From Tagaea sp. (lineage in GTDB: Bacteria > Pseudomonadota > Alphaproteobacteria > CACIAM-22H2): a stretch of 64,000 nt of DNA. A program made the translations under genes and the position numbers. This document shows, in pieces, positions 60,510 through 64,000 of the stretch. The notes under the pieces are model-generated. The model ran no database searches and was not told where the DNA came from. It saw only the letters and a program-made list of their open reading frames with translations. Each line of letters opens with the position of its first letter. Position 1 is the first letter of the stretch. Where the stretch lies: contig CBDIIB010000004.1 in NCBI GenBank assembly GCA_965279525.1, forward strand, positions 448,001-512,000, in the 5' to 3' direction.

Positions 60510-62067
60510 GGCGCATCTCCTCGAGGTCGACTTCGCGCATCAGCTTGTGCAGCACGTCGTCACCGATCTCGCGCTCGCGGCGCAGTTTCAGCAGGCGGCG
60601 GCGCTCGACATTGACGATCTCGAGACGCACGCGCCGCGCCTGACGGCGGGCGTGCTCGAGTTCGCGGTGCTCCTGCGTGGGCTCGTCGGGGCGCAGGCGG
60701 TTCTGGTACGACGTGCGCAGGGCAGGGGCGATTTCCAGCGCGACGAGATCGAGCTCCGCGACCCGTTCGATCTCGGCCAGTGCGGCGTGGACCATCTTGC
60801 GCCGGGCCATCTCTTCCTCGATCTCGGCATTGCGGTCGCCGCCGACCTTCAGCCACTTGATGAGGGGACCGAGCGTCGTGCCCTGCACGATCAGCGTGGC
60901 GAAGATCACCGCGAAGGAAAGGAACACGACGAGATCGCGCGCCGGGAACGGCGTGCCGTCGTGCGACGTCAGCGGGATCGCGAGGGCGGCCGCAAGGCTG
61001 ACCACGCCGCGCATGCCGGTCCAGCCGACGATCAGGGTCCAGCCCGGCGGCGGAACGCCTTCGCGCTCGCGCACCGACGCGAACAGCGTCGGCAGATAGG
61101 CGTTCGGGAACACCCAGACGAGCCGGATCGCGATTGCCGCCAGCGAGATGGCACAGGCCCACCACAGCAGCTGGTCGAGATCGTAGCCCGCCAGGCGCGA
61201 CAGGATGCCGTCGAGCTGCAGGCCGATCAGGATGAAGACGATCGCGTTGAGGAAGAAGACGACGGCGCTCCATACCATCTGGCCCTGCACGCGCGCCTCG
61301 GCGGAGAAGAACTCGGGCGCGTGCCAGCCCACGACGAGACCGGCGACGACGACGGCGAGCACGCCCGAGACGTGCACCATCTCGCCGCCGAGAAAGGCGC
61401 CGAAGGCAACGACGAACGTGAAGGCGATCTGCAGCAGCGTCTCGTGGATGCGCTTCATGATCCAGACGGCGGCCTCGCCGACCCCCCATCCAAGTGCGCA
61501 GCCGCCGACGGCATAGACGACGAACGTGCCGGCAGCCTCGACGGCGGAGAACGTGCCGGAGAGTGCCGCGGCAAGCGCGAACTTGTAGAGGACGAGTCCC
61601 GTCGCGTCGTTGACGAGGCTCTCGCCTTCGAGGATCGCGACGATGCGCTTGGGCAGGCGCAGCTTTTCAAGGATCGCGGCGGCGGCGACAGCATCGGGCG
61701 GCGAGACGATGGCGCCCAGCAGGAAGGCGATCGCCCACGGCACTTCGGGCACCAGCCATTTGAAGACGAGGCCCACGCCCAGCGTGGTCGCGAGCACGAG
61801 GCCGATGGCCAGCAGGAGGATCGGCCGCAGGTAGAAACGGAAATCGCGCCACGAGGTGAAATAGGCGGCCGAGAACAGCAGCGGCGGCAGGAACAGCGCC
61901 ATCGCCAGCTGCGGATCGAAACCCAGTTCGGGCAGGCCCGGCACGAACGCGAGTGCCATGCCGGCGATCACGAGCAGCACCGCATAGGGAATGCGCAGGG
62001 CTTCCGAAAAGTGCGCCAGCAGGATGGCGACGACCAGCATGGCCAGCACGACTTCCAGAAGAGCCAT
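60487..62067 (-). CDS. CPA1-family Na+/H+ antiporter
   Basis: FLPPLLF, SPPDAVA, EGESLVND, GMRGVVSLAAALA, QGTTL. Confidence 0.92.
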   Translation of the reverse strand: MALLEVVLAMLVVAILLAHFSEALRIPYAVLLVIAGMALAFVPGLPELGFDPQLAMALFLPPLLFSAAYFTSWRDFRFYLRPILLLAIGLVLATTLGVGLVFKWLVPEVPWAIAFLLGAIVSPPDAVAAAAILEKLRLPKRIVAILEGESLVNDATGLVLYKFALAAALSGTFSAVEAAGTFVVYAVGGCALGWGVGEAAVWIMKRIHETLLQIAFTFVVAFGAFLGGEMVHVSGVLAVVVAGLVVGWHAPEFFSAEARVQGQMVWSAVVFFLNAIVFILIGLQLDGILSRLAGYDLDQLLWWACAISLAAIAIRLVWVFPNAYLPTLFASVREREGVPPPGWTLIVGWTGMRGVVSLAAALAIPLTSHDGTPFPARDLVVFLSFAVIFATLIVQGTTLGPLIKWLKVGGDRNAEIEEEMARRKMVHAALAEIERVAELDLVALEIAPALRTSYQNRLRPDEPTQEHRELEHARRQARRVRLEIVNVERRRLLKLRREREIGDDVLHKLMREVDLEEMRLAALGVD

Positions 62068-62116
62068 TTTTCCCCGCTTTGACGACGGCGCCCGGTCGCG
62101 CCACACTCACGAAACC

Positions 62117-62743
62117 ATGTCCGACCGCATCGATTCAATGCTCGATTTTCTCGTCCTCGCCGACCGGTTCAAGACCGTCGAGCGCCGGGCCTTCATCGCC
62201 GACGGTTCGCGGCGCGAGAATTCGGCCGAGCACAGCTGGCACATGGCGCTGTGCGCGATCCTGCTCGAGACGGAAATAGGCTTTCCGGTCGATCTGGGGC
62301 GTACGCTGTCGATGGTGCTCGTCCACGATCTGGTCGAGATCTACGCGGGCGACGCCTTCGCCTACGACGCGGCCGCCCGCGAAGCGGCGGTCGCCAAGGA
62401 AGAGGCGGCGGCAAAGCGCCTGTTCGGCAGCCTGCCCGCCGATCTCGGCGGCCGGCTCGAAGCGCTGTGGCGCGAGTTCGAGGCCCACGAGACACCCGAA
62501 GCGCGCCTTGCCTATGCCTGCGACCGGCTGCAGGGCTTCCTGCAGGTCTATATCTCGGACGGCAAGTCGTGGGTGGAGGCCGGCGTGACACTGGAGATGA
62601 CGCGCAAGCGCACCGCCCCCGCGCGCGGCACCGACCCGCGCATCGAAGCGGTCGTCGAGCGGATCTACGAGCGCATGGCCAAGCGCGGCTTCTGGGACGC
62701 GAGCGGCACTGCCGTCGGTGCCGGCAAGGGCATCGTGCCGTGA
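62117..62743 (+). CDS. HD-domain phosphohydrolase (HD_3 / 5'-deoxynucleotidase-like)
   Basis: RENSAEHSW, VHDLVEIYAGD, WREFE, CDRLQ. Confidence 0.85.
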   Translation: MSDRIDSMLDFLVLADRFKTVERRAFIADGSRRENSAEHSWHMALCAILLETEIGFPVDLGRTLSMVLVHDLVEIYAGDAFAYDAAAREAAVAKEEAAAKRLFGSLPADLGGRLEALWREFEAHETPEARLAYACDRLQGFLQVYISDGKSWVEAGVTLEMTRKRTAPARGTDPRIEAVVERIYERMAKRGFWDASGTAVGAGKGIVP

Positions 62744-63270
62744 CCGCCGCGATCGACCTTCGCCTGCACACGGTCCGCCAGCTCTTCCAGAGCTTCGATC
62801 CGGCCCCGTTCCACGACAAGGACCTCGATCCGGCGGCGGTCGCCTACATCGTCGCGCGCGCGAAGGAGCAGCCTTCGGACACGGCCCTGACGATGACGGT
62901 CGAAGTGCCGGCCGGCGACGCCGAAGCCGACGGGCTGCCGACGGCTATCCGCGGCTATTTCGAATGGCGCGAGGAGATGGCCTGGCGCGAGATGCGCGAG
63001 CGGCTCGCCGAAGGAAGGCGCGCGATCTTCGTCGGCATCGCGTTCCTCGCCGTCTGCGGCATCGCGCGCGAACTTCTGGTCCTTCAGACGGACGGACCGT
63101 GGTTCGGCTGGATCGGCGAGGGGCTGACGATCATCGGCTGGATCGCCATGTGGCATCCGGTCGACATCTTCCTCTATCGCTGGTGGCCGATCCGGCGCGA
63201 GGCGATCATCTATCGCCGGCTGGCGGCGATGGAGGTGCGCGTGCTCACTCGGCCGCCTTCGGCCGCTTGA
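62740..63270 (+). CDS. Hypothetical membrane protein (2 TM)
   Basis: LFQSFDPAPFHDKDLD, EGLTIIGWIAMWHPVDIFLYRWWP; GTGA coupling to the HD gene. Confidence 0.7.
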   Translation: MTAAIDLRLHTVRQLFQSFDPAPFHDKDLDPAAVAYIVARAKEQPSDTALTMTVEVPAGDAEADGLPTAIRGYFEWREEMAWREMRERLAEGRRAIFVGIAFLAVCGIARELLVLQTDGPWFGWIGEGLTIIGWIAMWHPVDIFLYRWWPIRREAIIYRRLAAMEVRVLTRPPSAA

Positions 63271-64000
63271 GGTAGCCCTCGCGCGTCTGCGGGAAGCGCT
63301 TGCCCAGCACGTTGCTGGCGATCAGCGTGCGCAGCATCTGCGCCGTGCCGCCGGCGATGGGGAACATGCGCGCGTCGCGCACATAGCGTTCCATCGGGTT
63401 GTTGCGCGAATAGCCGGCTGCCCCCCAGAGCTGCAGCGCGTCGTTGGTGATCTTGATCGCGGACTCCGACGCCAGAAGCTTGGCGCGCGCGGCCATCGCG
63501 GGCTCGGGGAAGCCGGCGGGTCCTGCGGACGCGGCCGCCTGCCAGATCAGGGCGCGGGCGGATTCGAGTGCCACCGACATGTCGGCGATCATCCATTGCA
63601 GGCCCTGGAACTCGGCGATCGGCCGGCCGAACTGTTCGCGCCGGTTCACGTACTCGCAGGCGTGCTCGTAGGCACCCTGCGCCAGCCCCAGCGCCACGGT
63701 GCCGGCCCCCACGCGCTGGCCGTTATAGGCGTCCATCAGGTCGCCGAAGCCGTGACCGAAGCCGCGCGGCGAGTTCAGCACCATGTCGGCCGGCACTTCG
63801 AGATTGTCGAAGGCGATCTCGGTTTCCGGAATGCCGCGCAAGCCCATCGCCGGCTCGCGCCTGCCGATGACAAGTCCCTTGGGCGTGCCGGCCTTGGGAT
63901 CGCGCACGACGATGAAGCCGCCGATCCCTTCTTCCTTGCCCTTTTCGTCGAACACGCGCGCGAAGATCAGGTGGAAGCGCGACACGCCGCCGCCGGTGAT
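63245..64000 (-). CDS. acdA: Acyl-CoA dehydrogenase-like protein, probable 3-sulfinopropionyl-CoA desulfinase (5' part outside window)
   Basis: ITGGGVSRFHLIFARVFD, MGLRGIPET, YNGQRVGAG, IAGGTAQMLR, PQTREGY; resembles recalled Advenella AcdA. Confidence 0.7.
   Translation of the reverse strand: MTGGGVSRFHLIFARVFDEKGKEEGIGGFIVVRDPKAGTPKGLVIGRREPAMGLRGIPETEIAFDNLEVPADMVLNSPRGFGHGFGDLMDAYNGQRVGAGTVALGLAQGAYEHACEYVNRREQFGRPIAEFQGLQWMIADMSVALESARALIWQAAASAGPAGFPEPAMAARAKLLASESAIKITNDALQLWGAAGYSRNNPMERYVRDARMFPIAGGTAQMLRTLIASNVLGKRFPQTREGYLKRPKAAE

Overview
GC-rich alphaproteobacterial chromosome segment (Rhodospirillales-like by gene order; inference), mostly core genes: recG/sdhE/mfd, mltB-rlpA-dac-tmk-holB, sixA/ppk1-ppx, rnd/aspS/eipB, divK-pleD, rpmG, rnr, and pyrB-pyrC'-plsY-dprA-topA, plus tRNA-Ser(TGA). 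No integrase, transposase, prophage gene or CRISPR array was seen. The most notable accessory modules are: (i) a photoactive yellow protein homologue (Tyr42/Glu46/Cys69 equivalents intact) coupled to a PAS-GGDEF cyclase, preceded by a near-consensus CtrA box and followed by a degenerate EAL protein, with no chromophore genes nearby; (ii) an lva-like 4-hydroxy/4-oxo-acid operon with an LvaA-LvaB fusion and an inserted tandem NIPSNAP gene; (iii) a coupled APH-like kinase-kdsB-histidine phosphatase operon; (iv) a DUF2946 (CxxC/RGPP) leader ahead of ycnI-copCD; (v) a catalytically degenerate hydrolase-fold lipoprotein coupled to ppk1-ppx; (vi) an AcdA-like 3-sulfinopropionyl-CoA desulfinase near a CoA-transferase and a TauE exporter. 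All family calls come from motif recognition by eye, not database searches, and many start codons were re-chosen from the ORF track.
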